Source of the DNA: a virus
Taxonomy: Duplodnaviria; Caudoviricetes
IMG/VR virus record: IMGVR_UViG_3300022930_000218
Location: 1 to 34,116 of that record
Reading direction: 5' to 3' (one strand)
DNA: 34,116 nucleotides
This document shows, one piece after another, positions 1-9,007 of this stretch. Numbering within the stretch: position 1 is the stretch's first letter; each line of letters begins with the position of its first letter. A program made the position numbers and the translations under genes. A model generated the notes under the pieces. That model did not search any database. It was not told the origin of the DNA and was given only the letters and a program-made list of their open reading frames with translations.

Positions 1-375
1 GCCTGGAACGCTGCCAGGTCGGAGAAGCTGAAGATCGTCTTCGAGAACACGGCCTATACACCGGCGGCAGGCGAAACCTACCTGCGGGCTTTCACGATCC
101 CGGGCGACACCGCGAGCAACACGCTCGGCGGCGACCACCGGCTGTTCACCGGCGTGTTCCAGATCAGCATCATCGCGCCGGCAGGCACCGGTAAGACCAA
201 GACCAACCCGCTTGCGGCTGAGCTGACCAGCCTGTTCCCGCTATATGTGCGCGACACGAAAAACGGTTTTGTCGTAACGCCGATGACACCTGTCGACCAG
301 GGCCCCGGTATTACTGGTGATTCGACCTACACCGTCCCGCTGTCGTTCTCATACAGGTCCGACACCACTCCATAA
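1..375 (+). CDS. Phage tail terminator-like protein (DUF4128-like), 5'-truncated by window edge
   Basis: Frame 1 is open from base 1 (AWNAARSEKLKIVFENTAYTP...YLRAF...GVFQISIIAPAGTG...VPLSFSYR); lies just upstream of the major tail gene. Confidence 0.8.
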   Translation, partial: AWNAARSEKLKIVFENTAYTPAAGETYLRAFTIPGDTASNTLGGDHRLFTGVFQISIIAPAGTGKTKTNPLAAELTSLFPLYVRDTKNGFVVTPMTPVDQGPGITGDSTYTVPLSFSYRSDTTP

Positions 376-384
376 GGAAGCCAA

Positions 385-588
385 ATGGAACTGCACGAGA
401 TCGAACTTCAGAAGAAGGTGCTCGAAGACGAGCTTTCCGCAACAATCCAAGGGGCGTTTACTAAATTTAAAGCCGCGACGGGTGTGGGCATTCTCGCGAT
501 TGACGTTAACGTTTACCGCTGTCACGCCCTAAGTGAGCCAGTACCAGACCCTGTTGTTGGCACCGTTTCGTTGCACCTCGACCTATAG
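385..588 (+). CDS. Small hypothetical protein, GnsA/GnsB-like sequence pattern
   Basis: AAGGAAG RBS; 67 aa; the KK-x2-E-x-E-L-x3-I-x10-TG-x2-I-x2-I spacing matches E. coli GnsA as I recall it. Confidence 0.6.
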   Translation: MELHEIELQKKVLEDELSATIQGAFTKFKAATGVGILAIDVNVYRCHALSEPVPDPVVGTVSLHLDL

Positions 589-615
589 CGAAACCCGCCC
601 GTTGGGCAAATCCTG

Positions 616-643
616 AACCCGCCATGTGCGGGTTTTGTCATTT
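616..643 (+). terminator. Intrinsic terminator-like hairpin
   Basis: AACCCGC-CATGT-GCGGGTT followed by TTGTCATTT. Confidence 0.55.
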
Positions 644-661
644 CTACAAAGAGGAAAACCC

Positions 662-1333
662 ATGTCTGTTTATTTCCCCAACGGGGCAACACTGGCGATC
701 TCGACTGGCTTCGCCGCTGCGAAGGTGATCGCCAGCATTACCAACGCCAACCCAGGCGTCGCCACATCCCTCGCCAATGGTTTTGCTAATGGCGACATCC
801 TGTTGGTCACTTCTGGCTGGGAAGACATCAACGAGCGGGCTGTGCGTGTCTCTGCCGCCGCTGCGGGTGCCTTCACTCTGGAAGGTATCGACACCTCGAA
901 CACTTCGTTCTTTCCGGATGGCATCAGCGCCGATACTGCCAAAAAGGTCACCGGCTGGGTTGCTGTGAACCAGGTGATCGGCAACTCGATGTCCGGCGGT
1001 GAGCAGCAGTACTGGACCTACGCACCGCTCGAGGCGCGCCGAGACAAGCAGATCCCAACTACCAAGAACGCCCAGGCTTTCTCGTTCCAGCTCGCAGACG
1101 ACGACAGCCTGGCCTGGTACGACGAACTCGACAAGGCCGACCGCGAGAAGGAAGTGCGGATCCTGCGGATGTCGCTGCCGAACGGAAAAACGATCTACTA
1201 CGCCGGCTATCCGTCCTTCAACAAGAGCCCGACCCTGGTGCGCAACGAAGGTGCCGCCGTTGCTTTCGGCTTCACCATCAACGCTGAAATCACAGCGTAT
1301 CGCGCCCCTGTTGCGGCCGGCGGCGGTAACTGA
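662..1333 (+). CDS. Major tail (tube) protein
   Basis: GAGGAAA RBS before ATG 662; MSVYFPNGAT...ITNANPGVAT...GGEQQY...IPTTK typical of Pseudomonas lambda-like tail tube proteins; gene position. Confidence 0.9.
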   Translation: MSVYFPNGATLAISTGFAAAKVIASITNANPGVATSLANGFANGDILLVTSGWEDINERAVRVSAAAAGAFTLEGIDTSNTSFFPDGISADTAKKVTGWVAVNQVIGNSMSGGEQQYWTYAPLEARRDKQIPTTKNAQAFSFQLADDDSLAWYDELDKADREKEVRILRMSLPNGKTIYYAGYPSFNKSPTLVRNEGAAVAFGFTINAEITAYRAPVAAGGGN

Positions 1334-1335
1334 TC

Positions 1336-1716
1336 ATGGCAAAGTTCAAAGTTGCCCAGGCCCCAACATTCAAGGGGCCGGTAATGATCCCCATCGTTGG
1401 CCAAGCGCCCGTAAAGGTTGAATTCACCTTCAAGTACCGCGATCGTGTTGATCTTGCCACCCTTTTTGACGAGTGGAACCAGCGCCGCAAAGCGGGCTTT
1501 GAGCGTCTTGGGGACAACCCCTCTCTGTCGGAGGTAGTGGCCGTCGACACTGAACAGCAGTCGCAGCAGATCAAGGATCTGGTGGTCGGTTGGGCATTCG
1601 ATGACAAGTTCGACGAGGAAAGCATCAAGGCGCTGGTGAAATCCTGCCACGGCACAACCGAGGCTGTCGTCGCGGCCTACGAGGATGCGTACGCCAAAGC
1701 CCGATCGGGAAACTGA
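1336..1716 (+). CDS. Tail assembly chaperone (gpG-like)
   Basis: MAKFKVAQAPTF...VEFTFKYR...GWAFDDKF; lies between tail tube and tape measure genes. Confidence 0.9.
   Translation: MAKFKVAQAPTFKGPVMIPIVGQAPVKVEFTFKYRDRVDLATLFDEWNQRRKAGFERLGDNPSLSEVVAVDTEQQSQQIKDLVVGWAFDDKFDEESIKALVKSCHGTTEAVVAAYEDAYAKARSGN
1707..1713 (+). other. Programmed -1 ribosomal frameshift site G GGA AAC
   Basis: X XXY YYZ heptamer directly before the chaperone stop TGA 1714; the -1 frame is open to 2036. Confidence 0.85.
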
Positions 1717-2036
1717 TACGCGTCGCACGCGCTCTTTACGAGTCTGCGCCAGATGCCGAAAAGCTAGCGGCATACGGCCTGGAACTATCGGACCTCGACG
1801 AAACATTCGAAGTCTGGCCCTGCAACTGGCCGGCGTTTTACCTGTTCAACAGGATGTCGACTCAGTGGCGGGCGGGCGCCGGCGGCGCGATTGGTCTCGA
1901 CTACACCTGTCTCCGCAACGTGGCCGGGTTCCTCGGCATCAAGAAAAAGAAACTCGCTGAAATCTTCCCTGACCTTCAGGTGCTGGAAGGCGAAGCCCTG
2001 CGCGTCATGGCGGAGGAAAGGGAAAACAGCCCGTAA
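1713..2036 (+). CDS. gpT-like C-terminal part of the frameshifted G-T chaperone (DUF1799-like)
   Basis: -1 frame reads LIRVARALYE...EVWPCNWPAFYLFNRMSTQWR...GLDY, in frame with the 1854..2036 ORF. Confidence 0.85.
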   Translation: MIRVARALYESAPDAEKLAAYGLELSDLDETFEVWPCNWPAFYLFNRMSTQWRAGAGGAIGLDYTCLRNVAGFLGIKKKKLAEIFPDLQVLEGEALRVMAEERENSP

Positions 2037-2063
2037 CCACGGGCACTTATTCAAGGTGAGTCG

Positions 2064-5000
2064 ATGAACATTGCAGAACTCGGCGTCAAGATCGACTCGG
2101 CCGATGCAATCCAGGCCAAAACGAGTCTGGATGAGATGGCGAAAGCTGGCGGCCGGGCCGAGCAATCCGCCGTCAGCCTGATGAACGAAATGCAGGCGCT
2201 GGAGAAATCGCTTTCCACCAACGCCAAGACCACGCAGGACCTGGCAAAGCAGCGTGACGCGCTCGCCAAGCTGACCAAGACCGGTGCCTACGGCGAGGCC
2301 GAGGCAGCGAAGATCTCCGCTCAGCTCGACAAGCAGCAAATCGCCCTGGCCAAGTCCGCGATGGATGAGCAGAAGGCCCTCAACAGCCTGCTGGGGGCGA
2401 TTGACCCGGCACGCGCCGCGCTCGCCAAGCTGGACACCCAAGTCGAGCAACTGGGCAAGCACCTGGACGCTGGGCGTATCAGTCAGGAGGACTACAACAA
2501 AGCCCTGGGCAATATCGACAAGGATTACGCGAAACTCGAAAAAACCAGTTCCGGTTTTGACAAGCTGCGCCTCGGTACTCGCGCGGCCCAGCAAAACGTA
2601 ATGCAACTTGGGAGTGCGCTCTCTTCGGGCGACTGGGCAAGCGGTGCAAGAGCGATTACCCAGATCGGTGTAGGAGCGGGCGCGTCCGGGGCCAGCCTGC
2701 TGGCTTTGGTGGCGCCGATTAGCTTGGTCGCCGCTGCTATCGGCGGTCTTGCTTATGCCTACTACAGCGGCAACAAAGAAACGGATGCCTTCAACAAAGC
2801 TCTCATCCTGACTGGCAACTTTGCAGGAACGACTTCGGGCCAGTTGAGCGACATGGCGCGTCAGGTTTCCGCAGTCATTGGTACTACCAGTGCCGCCGCG
2901 GATGTGCTGGCCACTATGGCCGGTACCGGGAAGCTCGCGAGTGGCAGTTTCGTGGAGATTGCCGAGGCGGCTCTGTCCATGGAGAAGGCCACGGGCAAAT
3001 CTATTGAGTCGACAATTGCCGAGTTCGTGAAGATCGCTGAAGACCCTGTAGCGGCGGCGAAATCGCTGAACGAGCAGTACAACTTTCTTACCGCTTCTGT
3101 TTATTCGCAAATTGTTGCTCTCAAGGATCAGGGCGACGAGATCGGCGCTACGAAGCTACTGACTGACACCTACGCCGACACCGTACAGACCCGATCCCGG
3201 CAGGTGCTCGACAACTTGAACCTGTGGGAGCGGGCCTGGCTTGGCATCAAGAGCGCGGCAAGCGGTGCTCTAGATGGGATCAGTGATATTGGTCGGCAAA
3301 AGAGTTTCGATGACCAGATCAAAGACTTGCGTTCCAAACTCACTGGCTCCGATGCATTCGATGTGGGTGGGACGCGCTTCAACGCGCAGGAAGTCAGCCC
3401 CAAAGTTCGTACACAGATAGAGGGGCAGATTCGTTTTCTGGAGCTACAACGGGATGCCGACCAGGCGCGGACAAAGTATTTTGACGATCAAGGCAAGGCA
3501 GAGCGCGCCGCCGTCACCTCAATGGAAAAAGTAGACGCGTTGACCAAGTCCGCATGGACAAACGAGCAGAAGCGTACCGAAGCTCTCAAGGACTACAAGA
3601 AGCAACTCGACGATATCCGCAAGGTTGACCCGAAGGATTCGCGGCTCGACCAGTCGGCAATCGACAAAAACATTTCAAACATCAACGCCAAGTTCAAAGA
3701 CCCGAAAGCCGCTACAAGCCAGGTCGATTTGACTGGCTTCAACGACGCCAAGAACAACTTGGCCCGGATCGTCAACGAGTACAAAAACACCCAGAAGGAA
3801 CTGGACGCGGCGCAAAAAGCCGGACTGGTCTCGCAATCGGATTACGCCCTGAAGCGCGAAGCGCTGATCGGAAATGAACGCGACGAGGTGACTGCTGCCT
3901 ATGAGGCCGAGATCGCCGCGCTGGAGGCCACCAAGGGCAAAAAGTCCACGACTGCCGCCCAAAGCATCCAGCTTGACCAAAAAATCGCTGACTCGCGTGC
4001 AGGGATGGTCAAGGCGCAGGAGGATGCAGATAGCCAGCTTGAAGTGTTGGCAACCAGCGAGACCGGGCGCCTGGCGAAGCAGGAGAGGGCGATCACGTCA
4101 TACGTCCAGGCATTGGGGCAGCAACAGCGCGCCCTGGAGCTTGCCGGCCAGCGTGCAGTCCTCGGCGTGGGCCAGGGCGATCGGCAAAACGCACTCAACG
4201 GCGAACTGAACAGCCAGCAAGACCGGTTTGCTCAGCAATCGCTGGACTTGGAGAACCAACGCTCCGACCCATCGCGCAACATGTCGGACGAAGAGTTCAA
4301 GCGCAAAGCGCAGGCGCTCGCGGACGCAAACAAGGCTGCCACTGACCAGATCCAGCAGAACTATGCCGACGTGGAGAATGCACAGGGCGACTGGACGAAG
4401 GGCGCGACATCGGCCTGGGCGAACTATCTGGATTCGGCGCGTAACGTTGCCGGCCAAACCAAAGCTCTGTTCGGCAATGCCTTCAGTTCCATGGAAGACG
4501 CCGTTGCGAACTTTGCCATCAGTGGGAAGTTCTCTTTTGCCGACTTCACGAAGTCGATTCTCGCGGACATGGCTCGCATTGCAACGCGCCAGGCCAGCTC
4601 GGCATTGCTGAGTAGCTTGGTGGGTGCAACCGCGAGTTACTTCAGCGGCAGCGCTGCCGGTGGCAATGGATTGGCCGCTGGGTCTGCAGGTGCAGCGTCG
4701 TCGAACCTCGGCGCATCGCAGGCCGGTTACTCCAGCACGTACTTTCCACAAGCCCTGGGCGGCGCCTGGTCGGGCGGCGTGCAGATGTTCGCCGACGGCG
4801 GCGCCTTCACGAATTCCATCGTCAGTAAACCCACTGCGTTTGGCATGGCCAACGGCAAGACCGGCGTCATGGGCGAAGCGGGGGATGAGGCGATCATGCC
4901 GCTGACCCGCACTGCCAACGGAAAGTTGGGCGTTATGTCGGTCGGCGGGGGCAGTGGCGGGACTTCCGTCAGCCTCAGCATGCCGCTCATGGTCATGACG

Positions 5001-5150
5001 GACGAAGAGTCGGGCAAGCCCGACGGCGCAGAACTCGACACCGAACTGTTCCAGCGCAACATGCAGGAGCGGATGCGTACAGTTGCGAAAGAAGAGATCG
5101 CCAAGTCTTGGCGCCAAGGCGGCGTGAGCAGCCGAAACGTAAAAGGATGA
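2064..5150 (+). CDS. Tail tape measure protein (lambda gpH-like)
   Basis: 1028 aa, Ala-rich and helical; FNKALILTGN and C-terminal FADGGAF...MGEAGDEAIMPL motifs; gene position. Confidence 0.95.
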   Translation: MNIAELGVKIDSADAIQAKTSLDEMAKAGGRAEQSAVSLMNEMQALEKSLSTNAKTTQDLAKQRDALAKLTKTGAYGEAEAAKISAQLDKQQIALAKSAMDEQKALNSLLGAIDPARAALAKLDTQVEQLGKHLDAGRISQEDYNKALGNIDKDYAKLEKTSSGFDKLRLGTRAAQQNVMQLGSALSSGDWASGARAITQIGVGAGASGASLLALVAPISLVAAAIGGLAYAYYSGNKETDAFNKALILTGNFAGTTSGQLSDMARQVSAVIGTTSAAADVLATMAGTGKLASGSFVEIAEAALSMEKATGKSIESTIAEFVKIAEDPVAAAKSLNEQYNFLTASVYSQIVALKDQGDEIGATKLLTDTYADTVQTRSRQVLDNLNLWERAWLGIKSAASGALDGISDIGRQKSFDDQIKDLRSKLTGSDAFDVGGTRFNAQEVSPKVRTQIEGQIRFLELQRDADQARTKYFDDQGKAERAAVTSMEKVDALTKSAWTNEQKRTEALKDYKKQLDDIRKVDPKDSRLDQSAIDKNISNINAKFKDPKAATSQVDLTGFNDAKNNLARIVNEYKNTQKELDAAQKAGLVSQSDYALKREALIGNERDEVTAAYEAEIAALEATKGKKSTTAAQSIQLDQKIADSRAGMVKAQEDADSQLEVLATSETGRLAKQERAITSYVQALGQQQRALELAGQRAVLGVGQGDRQNALNGELNSQQDRFAQQSLDLENQRSDPSRNMSDEEFKRKAQALADANKAATDQIQQNYADVENAQGDWTKGATSAWANYLDSARNVAGQTKALFGNAFSSMEDAVANFAISGKFSFADFTKSILADMARIATRQASSALLSSLVGATASYFSGSAAGGNGLAAGSAGAASSNLGASQAGYSSTYFPQALGGAWSGGVQMFADGGAFTNSIVSKPTAFGMANGKTGVMGEAGDEAIMPLTRTANGKLGVMSVGGGSGGTSVSLSMPLMVMTDEESGKPDGAELDTELFQRNMQERMRTVAKEEIAKSWRQGGVSSRNVKG

Positions 5151-5153
5151 TTT

Positions 5154-5492
5154 ATGGCACTCGAACGATTCACCTGGGCAACCGAGAAAGGGGTCGAGGG
5201 GGAGATCTCTCAGCGCGTACGCACCAAGCAGTTTGCTGACGGCTACGCGCAGTCCGTCGAGGACGGGATCAACAATAAGTCCCAGTCCTGGCCGGTGACC
5301 TTCACAGGCATGAAGAGCCGCATCAAGGAGATCATGAAGTTCATAGACCGGCACAAGGGCGCCAAGGGCTTCCTCTGGGAGCCGCCCTTGGGCGATCTCG
5401 GGCTTTACAAGTGCAACGGCTACAAGCCCGTGCATCGCGGCGGCTCGGTCTACGCGATCACGGCCACCTTCGAACAAACCTTTCACCCCTGA
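5154..5492 (+). CDS. Minor tail protein, lambda gpM-like (distal tail)
   Basis: FADGYAQ...GINN...FIDRHKG.KGFLWEPP...ATFEQTF. Confidence 0.92.
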   Translation: MALERFTWATEKGVEGEISQRVRTKQFADGYAQSVEDGINNKSQSWPVTFTGMKSRIKEIMKFIDRHKGAKGFLWEPPLGDLGLYKCNGYKPVHRGGSVYAITATFEQTFHP

Positions 5493-5503
5493 GATAACTG
5501 CCC

Positions 5504-6256
5504 ATGGCACTGATCACGGACATCCAGAAACTGGAGCCCGGCGCCGAAATTCGCCTGTTCGAAATTGACGGAACCGAGTATGGCGCGGATTACCTGCGCT
5601 TCCACGGCCACGCCATCCCGCATACGCCGGCGGAACTGCTGGCCTACGAACATTCGGAAGAGGATCTGCCGGCCAAGTCGATTTGGTGGCAAGGCGAGGA
5701 ATACGCCGCCTGGCCAGTGCAGATCGAGGGTATTGCCTCAGGCAGCGACGGCACGGCCACCAGGCCGACGTTCGCCGCCGGCAACATCAACGGGCGCGTC
5801 ACGGCGTTGTGCCTGGCCTTCGAGGACATGCTGAAGTTCAAGCTGACTGTTCGCGAGACCCTGGCTCAGTACCTGGACGCGGCGAACTTCCCCGAAGGCA
5901 ACCCGACTGCCAATCCGACCCAAGAGGCGCTGGAGATCTGGTACATCGACCAGAAAACCAGTGAGGACGGCGAAGCCGTGGTCTGGGAGCTGTCTTCCCC
6001 GGGCGAGATCGATAACCACGGGCTGCCAGGGCGCCAGATGACGACGTTTTGCCACTGGGCCATGACCAATGGCTACCGGGGGCCGGACTGCGGCTACACC
6101 GGTGCCGCTATGTTCGACGACGAGGACGACCCCACGGATGACCCGGCCAAGGATCAGTGCAAGGGCTGCCTGTCGTCCTGCAAGTTGCGCTTCGGCGAGA
6201 ACAACGAACTGGCCTTCGGCGGATTCCCCGCCGTGTCCCTGATAGCCCGGAGCTGA
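5504..6256 (+). CDS. Minor tail protein, lambda gpL-like
   Basis: QKLEPG...LRFH; C-terminal Cys cluster (CHW...YRGPDCGY...CKGCLSSCKLRF...FGGFP). Confidence 0.95.
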   Translation: MALITDIQKLEPGAEIRLFEIDGTEYGADYLRFHGHAIPHTPAELLAYEHSEEDLPAKSIWWQGEEYAAWPVQIEGIASGSDGTATRPTFAAGNINGRVTALCLAFEDMLKFKLTVRETLAQYLDAANFPEGNPTANPTQEALEIWYIDQKTSEDGEAVVWELSSPGEIDNHGLPGRQMTTFCHWAMTNGYRGPDCGYTGAAMFDDEDDPTDDPAKDQCKGCLSSCKLRFGENNELAFGGFPAVSLIARS

Positions 6257-6258
6257 CC

Positions 6259-7023
6259 ATGCGTAAGCACATCATCGCGGCCATCCAGGCGCACGCGACC
6301 GCACAGCACCCTAAAGAGTGCTGCGGCCTGCTGCTGGCCATCGGGCGAAAGCAGAAGTACTTCCCGTGCCGGAACATTGCCACGGAGCCGAACGAAGAGT
6401 TTCGGCTTGACCCGGCGGACTATGCCGCTGCGGAAGACCTGGGCGAGGTGATCGGCATTGTTCACTCGCACCCTGACGCAACCAGTCGGCCGTCACCGCA
6501 CGACCTGGCAATGTGCGAGGCTACGGCCTTGCCCTGGCACATTCTGTCGTGGCCCGAAGGGGATTTGCGCACGATTACGCCGACTGGCAGCACGCCGCTG
6601 CTCAGGCGCCCATTCGTACACGGCGCTTGGGACTGCTGGCAGGTTTGCGCCGATTGGTATCAGCGCGAATGGGGGATTGAGTTCGAGGCCTTCCAGCGCA
6701 CTGATGGCTGGTGGGAGAGTGCGGAGAACGCAAGCCTGTACGAGCGGCACTACGAGGCCGCCGGCTTTGTGCGAGTCGACCGGCCACAGCGCGGCGACAT
6801 GATCGTTATGCAGGTCGGGCGGACAGCACACCCCAATCATGCGGGGATCTACCTCGGCACCGATCCGGCATTGCCCGATGAAGAGTCAGGTGTATTCGGC
6901 CCTGGCCCATTTCTACTGCACCACCTGTACGGCAGGCCGTCCGAAATTATCGTCTACGGGGGGCCGTGGCATGACCGGACACGCCTGATCCTCAGGCACA
7001 AAGATGCACACCAACCAACATGA
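6259..7023 (+). CDS. Tail assembly protein, lambda gpK-like (JAB/MPN + NlpC/P60)
   Basis: ECCG, VHSHP..PS..D JAB motif; DCW and NHAGIY...LHH NlpC/P60 motifs; ATG 6259 sits 2 nt after the L stop. Confidence 0.93.
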   Translation: MRKHIIAAIQAHATAQHPKECCGLLLAIGRKQKYFPCRNIATEPNEEFRLDPADYAAAEDLGEVIGIVHSHPDATSRPSPHDLAMCEATALPWHILSWPEGDLRTITPTGSTPLLRRPFVHGAWDCWQVCADWYQREWGIEFEAFQRTDGWWESAENASLYERHYEAAGFVRVDRPQRGDMIVMQVGRTAHPNHAGIYLGTDPALPDEESGVFGPGPFLLHHLYGRPSEIIVYGGPWHDRTRLILRHKDAHQPT

Positions 7024-7048
7024 CGCGGCGGGACCGCTGGAGCAGGCC

Positions 7049-7303
7049 ATGCAAACTACACAACGCTACATCCTGACCATTCACGACCTCTTCACCGTTA
7101 CCAAAATCGGTATCTGCGGCGCTGAAGCCGAGGTCGCAATTCTGGATCGCGATGTAGAGATTGATCGCATGAAATTTTCCGGCAAGTGCCAGAGCAAAGG
7201 CGGCTACAGCCGCAGCTACCACGGTAAGTCAGGGCTTGAAGCAGCGCTTATATCTGGTCCGGGCAGAATAGATTTTGGTTTGGCGCGGGCGGTCGCTATC
7301 TAG
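7049..7303 (+). CDS. Hypothetical moron protein (84 aa)
   Basis: GGAG RBS before ATG 7049; open frame. Confidence 0.55.
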   Translation: MQTTQRYILTIHDLFTVTKIGICGAEAEVAILDRDVEIDRMKFSGKCQSKGGYSRSYHGKSGLEAALISGPGRIDFGLARAVAI

Positions 7304-7532
7304 GCTCCTCGCCGCCGCCCATAAATTCATCGGTTCCGAGCCTGTGCGATCCATATTTCACAGTGTGACCATCACCGAGACGCGTAGCCTCGATATCTGC
7401 CACCTTCTTGTCGGCGTAGATATCAATAAAACTCCAGGGGGCATTACGACCCACAGCCCACCCCAGCACCCATCCAGGCATATCCGGGTCTGCTGGTAGA
7501 TTTTTCACGAGACTTCTGACTGACATGGCCAT
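7296..7532 (-). CDS. Hypothetical moron protein (78 aa)
   Basis: CAAGGAA RBS upstream; start may be ATG 7526; convergent overlap with the preceding gene. Confidence 0.65.
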   Translation of the reverse strand: MAMSVRSLVKNLPADPDMPGWVLGWAVGRNAPWSFIDIYADKKVADIEATRLGDGHTVKYGSHRLGTDEFMGGGEEPR

Positions 7533-7554
7533 TCCTTGGTAATTGAAGGCGCAA

Positions 7555-7617
7555 CGCTACTACGGCAATCGTCAGGCGAGTTACTGGCGTTCCATCCACG
7601 CTGGACGGGCGCACAGG
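7555..7617. repeat. Divergent-promoter repeat, copy A (second copy at 9720-9781), with CTG-N10-CAG box at 7601-7616
   Basis: cgctactacggcaatcgtcaggcgagttactggcgttccatccacgctggacgggcgcacagg aligns with cgcactacgtcaagcgaaagccctgttactggcattccgttcacgctggatgcctggccagg. Confidence 0.8.
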
Positions 7618-7647
7618 TCTGCTGTGCCTATAGGCCTGTCCGGAAGA

Positions 7648-7689
7648 TGTCAAGACTAAATTGACACGGCCTCTTGACTTCGGCAGACT
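7648..7689 (+). promoter_or_regulatory. Putative sigma70 promoter with an inverted repeat over the -35, upstream of the TA pair
   Basis: TTGACA(7661)-N17-CAGACT; inverted repeat TGTCAA-N7-TTGACA at 7648-7666. Confidence 0.5.
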
Positions 7690-7740
7690 CCCGCCTCATT
7701 TTGAGTTAGCAAGAAGCTAAACAAAACAAGGAGTGAATTA

Positions 7741-8181
7741 ATGCCGCGCAGTTTAGATGTAGCTGAGTATTTCCTTCTTCTGGAGGGTGATGAGGGCGAA
7801 ATCTCAAACATGAAGCTGCAAAAGCTTGTGTATTATGCGCAAGGTTTCAGCTTGGCCTTGACGGGTAAACCACTTTTCGACGAGCCAATTGAGGCGTGGA
7901 TGCACGGCCCAGTAGTGGCTGACCTGTATCATCGCTTCAGTGAGTTCGGTGGCAATCCTATACCTCTCAGCAACACATTCAACCCGTCCGTTTTATCGCG
8001 CGATCACCGCGCGCTAATCGAAGAGGTTTTTGATGTGTACGGGCAGTATTCCGCATGGAAACTTAGACAGCTTACTCATGAGGAGTCTCCTTGGATGGAT
8101 AACTATGTCGAGGGTAGTTACAGCCGTGAAATTCCTCAGGACGAGATGCGGAGATATTTCAGCGAGAATTTGGTGAACTAA
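7741..8181 (+). CDS. Panacea-domain (DUF4065/SocA-like) antitoxin
   Basis: MKLQKLVYYAQ...LFDEPIEAWMHGPVV.DLY...LRQLTH.ESPW signature; AAGGAG RBS. Confidence 0.92.
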   Translation: MPRSLDVAEYFLLLEGDEGEISNMKLQKLVYYAQGFSLALTGKPLFDEPIEAWMHGPVVADLYHRFSEFGGNPIPLSNTFNPSVLSRDHRALIEEVFDVYGQYSAWKLRQLTHEESPWMDNYVEGSYSREIPQDEMRRYFSENLVN

Positions 8182-8183
8182 CA

Positions 8184-8603
8184 ATGGCTCGTGACCGAAT
8201 CAAGGGACGTGATTCTAAAGGTGCTCAGATCAAGCCACGACAGACGGTCGTAGAGCCTGATGATTCCGAATCAAAACCGCCTGTTTTTTCATTTGAGTAT
8301 TTGCAGGCCGGTTGGTGTATTCAGAATTGTCAGCAAAATGAGCGCTCGATGATGCTTGACAAGCTTAGACGTTTAAGCAGCCTAACCTGGAAGCAAATCC
8401 GCCTTGAAGACAAGCATCATTTAGGATCGGAGACTATCTCCCGAAACTGCATCCGCGCTGCGATTCCAGCCTTTCTAACCGACGAAGTAAATATCCTGGC
8501 ATTTCGCGCTTTCGGGAAGGCAGCAATGGTTGGCTATAAAAGCGGAAGAGTTTTTCATGTTCTTTGGATTGATAGGACGTTTAGCCTATATAGCCATGGT
8601 TAA
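8184..8603 (+). CDS. Putative cognate toxin (possible RelE-like RNase fold)
   Basis: Starts 2 nt after the Panacea gene; FSFEYL...LAFR...MVGY...FHVLWID..F.LYSHG pattern; followed by a terminator. Confidence 0.7.
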   Translation: MARDRIKGRDSKGAQIKPRQTVVEPDDSESKPPVFSFEYLQAGWCIQNCQQNERSMMLDKLRRLSSLTWKQIRLEDKHHLGSETISRNCIRAAIPAFLTDEVNILAFRAFGKAAMVGYKSGRVFHVLWIDRTFSLYSHG

Positions 8604-8633
8604 AGCCCAGCCCGCGCTGGGCTTTTTGCATCT
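8602..8633. terminator. Bidirectional terminator; repeat unit shared with 10332 and 10832
   Basis: AAAGCCCAGC-CCGC-GCTGGGCTTTTTGCAT between convergent genes. Confidence 0.8.
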
Positions 8634-8646
8634 GGCGGCGTCCTCC

Positions 8647-8940
8647 CTACCAAGGGGCAATCATCTTCGCCATCTCGCACAACCCAAACAACTGCTCCGC
8701 GCGGGCCTCAGGCTCAGCCTCGATCAGGGTGGCAACGATCTCTAATCGAATACAGTCCGATTCCTTAAGAGGAGAGCGCTCCGAAATAAGCAAATCGCAA
8801 ACTCGGTTGCTGTCCACCTCAGTTGCTTCGAACGCACCATGAATCGCCATTCTCGCTCCAAAAAGATCTTCAGGGTTGCGGCGCCCACCCATTGCTGTCA
8901 GGCGCAGGAGGGTGGCTCGCTCCTCAGCTGTGTTCGACAT
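8647..8940 (-). CDS. Hypothetical moron protein (97 aa)
   Basis: CAAGGAAT RBS; clean ORF ending at the shared terminator. Confidence 0.7.
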   Translation of the reverse strand: MSNTAEERATLLRLTAMGGRRNPEDLFGARMAIHGAFEATEVDSNRVCDLLISERSPLKESDCIRLEIVATLIEAEPEARAEQLFGLCEMAKMIAPW

Positions 8941-9007
8941 TCACTATTCCTTGAGATGAAAGAAGCCCGGGGGGCTAAGTTAGTCTTTGATTTCTTCGAG
9001 CTACTTG

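Noticed and set aside
626-661. Extended starts from the ORF track (626, 6157, 9763, 11303, 11863, 16792, 19220, 20852, 26309, 31697)
   Set aside because: Downstream ATGs have better RBS, gene coupling or family-typical N-termini
1785-5510. Long minus-strand ORFs (1785..3110, 4098..5510) and similar ones opposite J
   Set aside because: Antisense shadows of high-GC coding genes; no RBS or recognisable motifs
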